Shown piece by piece: positions 18,577-28,200 of a DNA stretch of 64,000 nucleotides; position 1 is the first letter of the stretch; every line of letters begins with the position of its first letter. The DNA comes from an uncultured bacterium (GTDB taxonomy: Bacteria; Zhuqueibacterota; QNDG01; CAYUAG01). Position numbers and translations under genes: made by a program. Under the pieces are notes generated by a model that was not told the origin of the DNA, made no database searches, and was given only the letters and a program-made list of their open reading frames with translations. The stretch spans positions 22,756 to 86,755 of the forward strand of contig CAZKMO010000001.1 of NCBI GenBank assembly GCA_964554015.1, read 5' to 3'.

Positions 18577-21500
18577 ATTATAAAATCCCTTTCCAAGGTT
18601 ATTTGTACCAGGAATATCTGGCTTTCCTGGTTATTTGTATTTCTGAGCCTATTTCCCGCTTTTTCCCAGGTAAAAAAATACTGGCCTAAACGGCGGTTCC
18701 CCCACCTGGTTGTAAAAGATAAACTCTGGATTGGTACTCCCCGGGGATTATATCAGTATCATGCTGAGGATGACACCTGGACAATATACGGCAAGCACAA
18801 TGGTCTCCCTTCCAACCGTATTCAACTAATTCAATATGACGGAGAATATCTCTGGGTAGTCACCCCCGAAGGTACAGCATTTGGTGATATTCGTCTGAAT
18901 AAATGGCTGGTTTATAATCAAGAAAACGGTCTTCCCAGCAATAAGGTTAATTCCATAGCTTTTCAGGAAGACTATGTATGGGTAGCCACCGACAGGGGAG
19001 CTGCCCGTTTTGATAAACTCATTCAGGAATGGGAACACTTTACCCTTGAAGATGGTCTTCCTGACTCCGTAGTTACAGATGTGATTGTGGAAGAGGATCT
19101 GGTGTATCTTTCCACCTATAAAGGTCTGGTCGAATATGATATAAATTTTGAAAAATGGCGTGTATATCCTATTCTTCATGACAGTATATCCTCGGTAATA
19201 AAATTTATATATCCCACCACAGATTACCTCTGGTTGTTTACTGATCAGGGCCCCCTGAGATTTAACAAACAGCTTCATTCTATTCTTTCCTTCCCCGAAA
19301 ATGATCAACTGAAATTTTCCAACATACAAGACCTGGTGGTTGACAATGAAAAATTTTGGTCTGCCACCACTGCAGGAGTATTTATCTATGATCCGGCCAA
19401 CATTCTCTGGCGTCCATTTCAGGAACAAATTCATCTTCCCGATTCATCAGTAAAAGCTATGGCCTTTAGCCAGGGCAAGCGTTGGTTTGTCACTGAAACC
19501 GGTATAGCAGTATTTGATGAGCAAATAAAAAGCTGGGATTATTATGGGAAAGCACATGGACTCTCCTCCCAACAGTATGACGCCATAGCCACTTTCCGGA
19601 GTCAGGTTTTTCTGATAAATAATTCAACTATTGACTATTATATACCTCAGGAAAATCGCTGGAGAGTATATCCTCTGAAAGATGTAAGCATATTATCACA
19701 GAGAAAAACTCCTTATGTTTCCCTGGATCAGGAAAAGGGAAGTTTTGTACAAATTACACCCAAGGCGCAACTCGGGATCAGCGGCAGCCGTTGGAATTCT
19801 CGTTTTAATTTCTCCCACTCTTTTGATCTGGAGACGGATCAATCCCAAAGCGAAAATGATATAGCTCACCGAAGAGATGTGAAATCTCAGCTGACTCTTC
19901 CTAAAGGACAAACAATTAATGGATTCTATGATGATACAGATTTCAATCAGACCATGTATGGTATTCGATATAAAGGGTTGAAGAAGGATCTGGTGCAGGA
20001 AGTAAATTGGGGAGATATTCGTTATGAACAGGGTAAGACTCATCTGATTCCGTCTATCGGCATATTCGGAGTTTCAGGTCGGTTGGAAACCGGATCCAAA
20101 ACAGAGCAATACGGCCGGAGTCTGGTATCAGCCAAGGTCTGGAGTGGTGAAAAAACAACAGGGCAGGACACTGAATTTTTCACCGGAAATATGCATGAGG
20201 CCCGAATTTCCCTTCGAGATGTCGATTACATCCCCTATACCTATTTTTGCTGGGATACTACTGATACAGGCATTGATCTGGATAAAAACTCGGAACAGAT
20301 CTTTGTTGATGATGGCAATGAACAAACCAATACCCGCAATACGCTGATTGACTTTACCATAGGAGGCATAAAAGGAGATTTCGATAAACTCCTGCCTTTT
20401 GAGGATTATGTTGTTGATCATGATAAAGGTATATTAATGCTGACCAGACCACTATCTCCATCAGCTGTCATGATCCTGAAAGCAAAATCGGCAGGCTTAC
20501 CCTGGGAACGGGTGTTAAAAACTACTGAGAAATCTTCTTATACCATGCTGAATCGATACTTTGTGGACGGAATGAAAATTATTCCTTCCAGTTTCAGCCT
20601 GCAGATTACTGATTCGACTGGAAAGGATTTACCTATTTTCCAATTCGGCCTGGATGGGAATAGAGATGGAAGAGTTGATCCGGAATGGATAGATACCAGA
20701 GAAGGGATTCTGTCTTTTCCCTCCCCCCAACCTTTTCCCCAGGCTGTATATCAGATAGAAAATCCCCTGTCTTCTTTTCTGATGCATATCCAGTTTGAAA
20801 CCGAAATTTCTATTTTTATGTTAAAACATAACCGCTTGATTCGGGGAACGGAGACGGTTACCGTGGATGGGGATATTCTGACCGCAGGGCAAGATTATAT
20901 AATTGATTATACCAGTGGTTCCCTGCTTATTCTTAAGGAAGGAATAGTTGCAGAAGATAGTGAGATAAAAGTAAAGTATGAATTTTACCAGAATTCATCG
21001 GAAAAATTTCATTTAGGCGGAATTGGATTCGGACCTTCGGATAATATACTGATGGAAGTGAATGGATTTGCTTATGATGAAGAAAACTCGGGAAGTGATT
21101 CTGGATCCATGCAAGGTATTAATTTTTTTGGGGAATTTAAAGGGAAAATAAAGGGATTGGATTTCAAATTAACTCCTGAACTTGCCCAGAGTCTGGGAAG
21201 GGAAAGCAAGGGCAGCAGTTTTCATATCAGAACCGATATAAGTTCACAACGGATACGACTGTATTCGGAATATGAAAAATATGATTCCGAATTTAAAAAT
21301 CTTTTTCCCAGAAAATTCCAGTTAGGTGAAATGGAGAAGCGGTTAGCTGCAGGAGTAACTGTATTACCCCTAGATTTTCTGGATATTACAGGTCAATGGT
21401 CTCAGCAGCAAACCCCAAAAACTATTTCGGGAAAACATAATAAGGAAGAAAACCTGAGTGGAAAACTTTTACTGAATAAAAAACAACTGCCAGCTTTATC

Positions 21501-22773
21501 CCTTTCTTTAAGACACCGTACTCTTAAGACAGAAGAATATCAATCCTCCAAGCAAACCGTAAAGGGAGAAGTGGAATATAAGATTCCTGCCTCAATCTTG
21601 GATATGCTTTCCCTTAAATCCATACGTATTTACGGAGTATGGAGAAAAAGCTGGGAGTCCAGGGATAGTACTAATACTCATGCTGATCATTCCCCTAATA
21701 GATTATATGACAACCGCTATTTTCGCATTGATTGTTCTCCTGTAAATCTTATACAGATTAATGCTTATTATCGGGGAGAAAGCGTAACCATGCAGAATCT
21801 CGATAACCGGGGAAAACGTCCCTTAACCCGGCAGCAGAAATGGTTTTTGGATGCAACTGTAGACAGGATTCAGGGAATTAACCTGAATGTACGTTACCAG
21901 AGTGAAATTGCTCAAAGGTTTGATTTATCACCTTCCGGGATTTCTTCTATAACCCTGCAACGACTACTGCAGTCAAACATTCGTTTTTTCCCCGGTCAGT
22001 GGGTACGATTCTTATCGCCTTTTACCTTTGAAATAAATCTTAATCCCGGCTGGAAAGGAACCCTGGAAGATAATACCCGGAAATTGAAGTGGAAGGAAAA
22101 ATTATGGCAGCTAACCGAATCAAAAGCCCTGAATGTAGGGGAAGATAATATGCTGTATCAATTACGGGGTGAGTGGAGACCCACTGCTTCTCTCTTTCTA
22201 TATACCGGACTGGAATTTTTTCGTTTTGACTCCAAACATCTGGATAGCAGATCTCAAACCAGAGGTAAACGGTTTCATAATAAAGTTGAATACCAACCAT
22301 CCCCTCAATCCCTGATCACTCTGCAATATTTTTACACTGAAGATAATATCGATCTCTATAAACATACCATCAGATACAATCCTATGCTCTGGGTGGAGCA
22401 TCGATGGAACGACAAACTGCAGACTAAAATCAATCTGGCCTATCTGCAAGAAGATAAAACCTTAGTAAGCATAAAAGAAATTACATCCAATTTTTCTCCC
22501 TTGGTAGGAATAACTTATCGATGGCGTCATTCTGAAACCGGTAAAATAAGAGCAGAAGTCCGCAATGACCTTTCTTCCTCATTTTATCAGCATTCATCTT
22601 CGAATTTGAATACAGCTGTTAACAGTTATACCAATACCCTGGCTTTGGATATTTACCCGACTTCAATCTTTATTCTCCGTTTCCGTTTATCCACCATATT
22701 CAGGGATAAACTGGATTCTGTAAAAGATAATCTGTCCAATTCCCTGGAATTAAGATTGACAGCACAATTTTAA
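18577..22773 (+). CDS. Very large secreted protein of about 1400 aa. It has N-terminal two-component-regulator-propeller (Reg_prop-like) repeats and a long C-terminal region with outer-membrane beta-barrel character ending ...RLTAQF. The start codon is uncertain.
   Basis: The ORF track calls GTG 19081. The same frame is open back to the stop at 18574-18576. That upstream stretch encodes a signal peptide (RNIWLSWLFVFLSLFPAFSQ) and further propeller repeats (YVWVATDRGAARFD, LWIGTPRGLYQY). There is no ATG/GTG/TTG in that frame upstream of 19081. Confidence 0.5.
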   Translation: MIKSLSKVICTRNIWLSWLFVFLSLFPAFSQVKKYWPKRRFPHLVVKDKLWIGTPRGLYQYHAEDDTWTIYGKHNGLPSNRIQLIQYDGEYLWVVTPEGTAFGDIRLNKWLVYNQENGLPSNKVNSIAFQEDYVWVATDRGAARFDKLIQEWEHFTLEDGLPDSVVTDVIVEEDLVYLSTYKGLVEYDINFEKWRVYPILHDSISSVIKFIYPTTDYLWLFTDQGPLRFNKQLHSILSFPENDQLKFSNIQDLVVDNEKFWSATTAGVFIYDPANILWRPFQEQIHLPDSSVKAMAFSQGKRWFVTETGIAVFDEQIKSWDYYGKAHGLSSQQYDAIATFRSQVFLINNSTIDYYIPQENRWRVYPLKDVSILSQRKTPYVSLDQEKGSFVQITPKAQLGISGSRWNSRFNFSHSFDLETDQSQSENDIAHRRDVKSQLTLPKGQTINGFYDDTDFNQTMYGIRYKGLKKDLVQEVNWGDIRYEQGKTHLIPSIGIFGVSGRLETGSKTEQYGRSLVSAKVWSGEKTTGQDTEFFTGNMHEARISLRDVDYIPYTYFCWDTTDTGIDLDKNSEQIFVDDGNEQTNTRNTLIDFTIGGIKGDFDKLLPFEDYVVDHDKGILMLTRPLSPSAVMILKAKSAGLPWERVLKTTEKSSYTMLNRYFVDGMKIIPSSFSLQITDSTGKDLPIFQFGLDGNRDGRVDPEWIDTREGILSFPSPQPFPQAVYQIENPLSSFLMHIQFETEISIFMLKHNRLIRGTETVTVDGDILTAGQDYIIDYTSGSLLILKEGIVAEDSEIKVKYEFYQNSSEKFHLGGIGFGPSDNILMEVNGFAYDEENSGSDSGSMQGINFFGEFKGKIKGLDFKLTPELAQSLGRESKGSSFHIRTDISSQRIRLYSEYEKYDSEFKNLFPRKFQLGEMEKRLAAGVTVLPLDFLDITGQWSQQQTPKTISGKHNKEENLSGKLLLNKKQLPALSLSLRHRTLKTEEYQSSKQTVKGEVEYKIPASILDMLSLKSIRIYGVWRKSWESRDSTNTHADHSPNRLYDNRYFRIDCSPVNLIQINAYYRGESVTMQNLDNRGKRPLTRQQKWFLDATVDRIQGINLNVRYQSEIAQRFDLSPSGISSITLQRLLQSNIRFFPGQWVRFLSPFTFEINLNPGWKGTLEDNTRKLKWKEKLWQLTESKALNVGEDNMLYQLRGEWRPTASLFLYTGLEFFRFDSKHLDSRSQTRGKRFHNKVEYQPSPQSLITLQYFYTEDNIDLYKHTIRYNPMLWVEHRWNDKLQTKINLAYLQEDKTLVSIKEITSNFSPLVGITYRWRHSETGKIRAEVRNDLSSSFYQHSSSNLNTAVNSYTNTLALDIYPTSIFILRFRLSTIFRDKLDSVKDNLSNSLELRLTAQF

Positions 22774-23635
22774 GATACAAATTTCATTCTACCCGGTTAA
22801 GGGAAAATAAGTGTTAACAGAATTCTCTTTCCTTACCTAAATTTATTATCTTTTACCTTGATTTTTTATAAAAAATTCACCATCATACTAACCAAGGTTA
22901 TTTTAATTTATATTGATGATTAAAAAATATTATGACGGAAAAAGATAAAAATGCCGGAGTTAATTCTTCCCGTATTCGTTTTTGTACCCCGCAATGTGAA
23001 CACGCCTCATTTCCTGTGGATAGGGATATTGATGGGGCAAAAAGCTGTCGAACTTTTTCTGCCCTTTGGTGTGATATTTTAAAAGAATACGTAACCAGGA
23101 ATGCACCCTGCTCGGCTCAGTTTGGTAAACGGAGACCAAAAAGTAACTGGTAGAAATAAAAGGAAAAGGACAAAGGATAAAGAGTTAGTCAGATAAGGTA
23201 ATAATGTACATTACATACATTAATGTATCTTATTATTAAAATTCCTACAAAATTGTAATTATGAATTTATAATCCATCTTGTTTTCTCTGAATGATTTAC
23301 CAAATAGAGATTCATAATTCATTTTGTAGGTTTTAAATACAATATTTCAATTTATAACAGTCATTTACCCCGTTATTTCTTATTTATTTTAGCTAAAAAT
23401 GCGAAAATACTACATAAATGTATTAAATATTTATTAAAATTACAATATTGTCTTTTATTTCTTTCATTTTCTATGCTTCATTTTAAATTTTTTTTTTCCA
23501 GTCCCCTCTTTTAAACATTGTATTTTCAAGTCATTAGGTATATGTAATTTCTTAAATTCTAGATGTATTCTTATATGTCTTACTTCTGGCATAACTATTG
23601 CGAATATATACTTAAATTAACTGAATACGACTATT

Positions 23636-23711
23636 TGGGGTGTAGCATAATTGGCAATGCGCCTGGCTGTTAACCAGGATATTGGAAGTTCGAGTCTTCC
23701 CGCCCCAGCCA
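23636..23711 (+). tRNA. tRNA-Asn (anticodon GTT).
   Basis: A manual cloverleaf fold was made. The acceptor pairing is TGGGGTG/CGCCCCA. The D stem is GCAT/ATGC. The anticodon stem is CCTGG/CCAGG with loop CTGTTAA. The T arm is GGAAG-TTCGAGT-CTTCC. The 3' end is discriminator G + CCA. Confidence 0.75.
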
Positions 23712-23814
23712 TATTTTTTCTGAGACTGTAACGGTGTTAATTTAAATCATATCAGATATTCCCTATTCAAATATTGTACTTTTATTAATTTTTAATTTTA
23801 ATGGAGGATTTTGT

Positions 23815-25227
23815 ATGACCTCAAAAAAATTTTTTGATTTTGCCAAAAGACATAATGCAAAAATGGTTGACTTAAAGTTTACTGATCTCCTCGGAACGTG
23901 GCAGCACTGTACTTTTCCAGTCGATTCCTGGGATGAAAAAACTTTTATCAATGGAGTGGGATTTGATGGTTCATCAATTAGAGGATGGCAAGGTATCCAT
24001 ATGTCCGATATGCTAGGAGTTCCTGTCGCCGATACGGTATGCCTCGATCCTTTTTTCAAAAAACCCACCATCAGTGTGCTTGCCAAGATTGTGGATCCTA
24101 TTACCAAAGAGGATTATTCCCGCGATCCGCGTCATGTGGCCTGGAAAGGAGAGAAATACCTTAAAAAGACAGGTATTGCCGATGTCTGCTACATCGGACC
24201 GGAACCCGAATTTTTTATCTTCGATGAAATCCGTTTCGAACAAAAACAGAATACAGGATTTTATCAAATTGATTCTGTGGAAGGAGCTTGGAATACTAAT
24301 CGTATTGAAGAACCCAACCTCGGATATAAGCCAAGCTACAAAGGAGGATATTTTCCAGTAAGTCCTACTGATACCTATCACGATTTACGCGGAGATATGG
24401 TGGATGAAATGCAAAAAGTAGGGATCGAAGTGGAAGCCCACCATCACGAGGTAGGAACCGGGGGGCAGGCAGAAATAGATATGAAGTATGCAGAACTAGT
24501 CAGGATGGCCGACCAGTTCATGTGGTTTAAATATATCATCAAGAATGTGGCACGAAGAGCAGGCAAAACTGTTACTTTTATGCCCAAACCCATTTTTGAA
24601 GATAACGGTAGCGGAATGCACACCCATGTATCTTTATGGAAAAAAGGGAAACCGCTTTTTGGAGGAAACAAATATGCTGGATTAAGTCAATTGGCCCTCC
24701 ATGCCATTGGGGGATTGCTAAAGCATGCTCCAGCAGTTCTTGCCTTTGCAGCGCCTACCACAAATTCCTATCGCCGACTTGTTCCCGGATTTGAGGCGCC
24801 GGTTCATCTGGTTATGTCGCAGAGGAATCGTTCGGCTGCCGTCCGCATTCCTATGTACCACAGTGATCCTAAAACAAAACGATTTGAATTTCGATGCCCG
24901 GATCCCAGCTGTAATTCCTATCTTGCTTTTACAGCTATACTTATGGCGGTTATTGACGGAATTGAAAATAAAATCGACCCCGGTGAACCCCTGGATCGCG
25001 ACATCTACGAAATGAGTCCCGAAGAATTGGCAGGAAACCATAAAGTTCCCCCATCACTGGGAAAAGCTTTAGAAGCGCTGGAAAAGGATCATTCCTTCCT
25101 CACCAAAGGAGGTGTTTTCACTGATGATCTGATCCAAACCTGGATCACTTACAAAAAAGATTTTGAGCTGGATCCGCTTGCCTTGCGACCCCATCCTTTT
25201 GAATTTCAATTGTATTATGATAGTTGA
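23815..25227 (+). CDS. glnA: Glutamine synthetase type I.
   Basis: A GGAGG RBS is present. The GS-I N-terminal beta-grasp and catalytic-domain motifs ([22 protein letters not shown]) are present. Confidence 0.85.
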   Translation: MTSKKFFDFAKRHNAKMVDLKFTDLLGTWQHCTFPVDSWDEKTFINGVGFDGSSIRGWQGIHMSDMLGVPVADTVCLDPFFKKPTISVLAKIVDPITKEDYSRDPRHVAWKGEKYLKKTGIADVCYIGPEPEFFIFDEIRFEQKQNTGFYQIDSVEGAWNTNRIEEPNLGYKPSYKGGYFPVSPTDTYHDLRGDMVDEMQKVGIEVEAHHHEVGTGGQAEIDMKYAELVRMADQFMWFKYIIKNVARRAGKTVTFMPKPIFEDNGSGMHTHVSLWKKGKPLFGGNKYAGLSQLALHAIGGLLKHAPAVLAFAAPTTNSYRRLVPGFEAPVHLVMSQRNRSAAVRIPMYHSDPKTKRFEFRCPDPSCNSYLAFTAILMAVIDGIENKIDPGEPLDRDIYEMSPEELAGNHKVPPSLGKALEALEKDHSFLTKGGVFTDDLIQTWITYKKDFELDPLALRPHPFEFQLYYDS

Positions 25228-25285
25228 GGAGGAATAAACAACATATAAATAATATTTAACAATTTCTAAATGAAGAAGTTTTATT

Positions 25286-28200
25286 ATGACAAGGAAAGAT
25301 TATTTTCAACGCAATACAGCAGGCGTTCCGGAATCCCGGGGATTATACACGCCTGCTTTTGAACATGATAGCTGCGGTACCGGCTTCGTCGCTCGAATAG
25401 ACGGAATCCCTAAACATTCTATCGTAGAAAAAGGAATTAAAATTTCAGTGAATCTGGAACACCGGGGAGCTGTTGGTGGTGATAAGTCAACCGGAGACGG
25501 CGCTGGCCTTCTTGTACAACTTCCCCATGCTTTTTTCCAGCAGGAATGCCGTGATATTAAACTGCCGGATCCGGGAGAGTACGGTGTGGGAATGATCTTT
25601 CTACCTTCTGAAAAAAATTTAGCTGAACAATGCAAAAAAGCACTTAAAAATATTATCCAGCAAGAAGGGGGAAAAATCCTGGGATGGCGGCAGGTACCAG
25701 TACAATCTCACCACCTGGGTAATTTTGCCCGTATCACTGAACCAAAAATTTATCAACTTTTTGTGTCCCGGGGAAAAATCCTCCTGGAGGATTTTGAACG
25801 AAAATTGTACATCATTCGCCGACTGGCGGAAAAAGAAATATCTGGTTGGAAAGAAAAAGACTTCAGTCAGTTTTATGTGGTTAGTCTTTCTCATCGAACA
25901 ATTGTTTACAAAGGTCTTTTAACCGGCACCCAGCTTCCTCTTTATTATCCTGATCTGAACAACCATACCTTTGTCAGTGCTTTTGCCTTAGTGCATCAGA
26001 GATACAGTACCAATACACTACCAACCTGGAATATGGCCCAGCCTTTTCGTTACTTGGCTCATAACGGTGAAATTAATACACTTAAGGGCAACATTAATCG
26101 TATGCGTATGCGGGAATCGGTAATGAAGTCAGATTTTTTTGGAGAAGATATCGAAAAAATTAAGCCGGTCATTGTCAGCCAAGGAAGTGATTCAGCTATG
26201 TTTGACAATGTCCTGGAATTACTGGTCATGGCAGGGCGCTCCATACCTCATGCCATGATGATGATGGTTCCGGAAGCCCATGCAGCTAAAATCCATATGA
26301 GTGAGGATAAACGAGCATTTTATGCTTTCCATTCCTCCATTATGGAACCCTGGGATGGCCCGGCTGCTTTGGTTTTTTCCGACGGTCGATACATCGGTGC
26401 CACCTTGGACAGGAACGGTTTACGGCCTGCCCGATACACCATCACCAGAGATGGTTTAATAATCCTGGCATCAGAGACCGGCGTGTTGAAAGTGCCCGGA
26501 ACTCAGATAAGAAGTCGGGGGCGTCTTCAACCCGGTAAAATGTTTTTGGTGGATCTGAAACAAAACCGAATCGTGCCGGATAAAGAAATCAAAGCCAAGA
26601 TATCCAGGCAGAGCCCCTACCGCAGGTGGGTGAAAGACAAACAGATTACCTTAAGAGGATTATTTATGCCTTCCCGGGTTCCCACTATCGAACCAGAAGT
26701 ACTGCTTCGCAAACAGCATGTGTTTGGATATACCGATGAAGAGCTGAAAATGATAGTCAGCCCCATGGCATCCCGGGGTCAGGAACCAGTGGGATCTATG
26801 GGAAATGACACAGCTCTGGCCGTACTTTCACATCGTTCCCAGTTACTGTTCTCATATTTCAAACAGTTGTTTGCTCAGGTGACCAATCCGCCCATAGATC
26901 CTCTGAGAGAAGAATTGGTAATGTCCCTGGAAAGTTTTCTGGGAGGAGAAGAAAATTTTCTGGAAGAGACTTCCGAACAGTACCGGGGTCTAAAATTAAG
27001 TCATCCCATTTTGAGTATTCGGGATATGGCCCGCATAAAAGAGGCAAACCATCCTGATGTGGTTCCCATGACAATTGATCTGATTTTCCCGGTCAACAAC
27101 GACGGAACTACCCTGAAATCCGCTTTACAAAAATTATTCAAACAGGCTGAGAAATGTATTGCTAAGGGATGTACTCTGCTTATTCTCTCTGATAGAAATG
27201 TAGATAAAGATCATGCTCCCATTCCTTCTCTTTTAGCTACCTCGGCTCTTCATCATCACTTGATCAAAAAAGGACTCCGTCATTCAGCCGGTCTGATTAT
27301 CGAAACAGGTGAGGCCCGGGAAGTAATGCATTTTTCTCTCCTTATAGGCTACGGAGCTGATGCCATCTGTCCCTATTTAGCTTTTTACACTATAGGAAAT
27401 ATGGCTGCATCCGACTTACTAGAAAAGCCCTTAACTCCGGAAAATGCCATGGATGAATATGTCACTGCGGTTAAAAAAGGCCTTTTAAAAACCATGAGTC
27501 GGATGGGGATATCAACTTTACATAGTTTTTTCGGATCCCAAATTTTCGAAGCTGTAGGGTTGAACAATAAAATTGTTAATACTTACTTCTGCGGTACAAC
27601 TTCGCGTATCGGAGGTATAGGTCTGAAAGAGATCGCTGAAGAATCCATAATGCGACACCGTCGAGGATATCCCCTCCAAGGCATGCCGGACAAATTACTG
27701 GATGTTGGTGGTGCTTACCATTACCGAGTAGGAGGAGAAAAACATCTCTGGAATACTGAGGCGATTTACAAACTCCAGTCAGCAACCCGTACTAAAAATT
27801 ATTCTGTTTTCAAGGAGTATACCAGCTTGGTCAATGACCAATCCAAGGAACAAGTTACCCTGCGCAGTCTATTCCATTTTAAAAAACGTGATCCCATCCC
27901 TTTGAATAAAGTGGAACCAGCAGCATCGATTCTCTCTCGGTTCGTATCCGCTGCTATGTCCTTTGGTTCCATCAGCCCGGAAGCTCATGAAGCTATTGCC
28001 ATTGCTATGAACCGACTTGGTGCACGAAGCAATTCCGGTGAAGGAGGTGAAGATCCGGCCCGCAACATTCCTTTACCCAACGGTGATCGCAGGGGTTCCG
28101 TTATCAAACAGGTGGCTTCCGGCCGCTTTGGGGTTACCACCGAATATCTTGTCCATGCCCATGAAATTCAGATAAAAATGGCTCAAGGGGCTAAACCAGG

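Noticed and set aside
18826-19434. Minus-strand 202-aa ORF.
   Set aside because: It is antisense to the propeller-repeat coding frame, which continues upstream of 19081. It is a shadow ORF.
22774-22900. Possible rho-independent terminator after the giant OMP gene (GGGAAAATAAG...CTCTTTCC).
   Set aside because: The stem complementarity is weak and interrupted, and there is no convincing U-tract.
25306-25635. Minus-strand 109-aa ORF and other short ORFs within gltB.
   Set aside because: They are embedded antisense in the highly conserved glutamate synthase large subunit.
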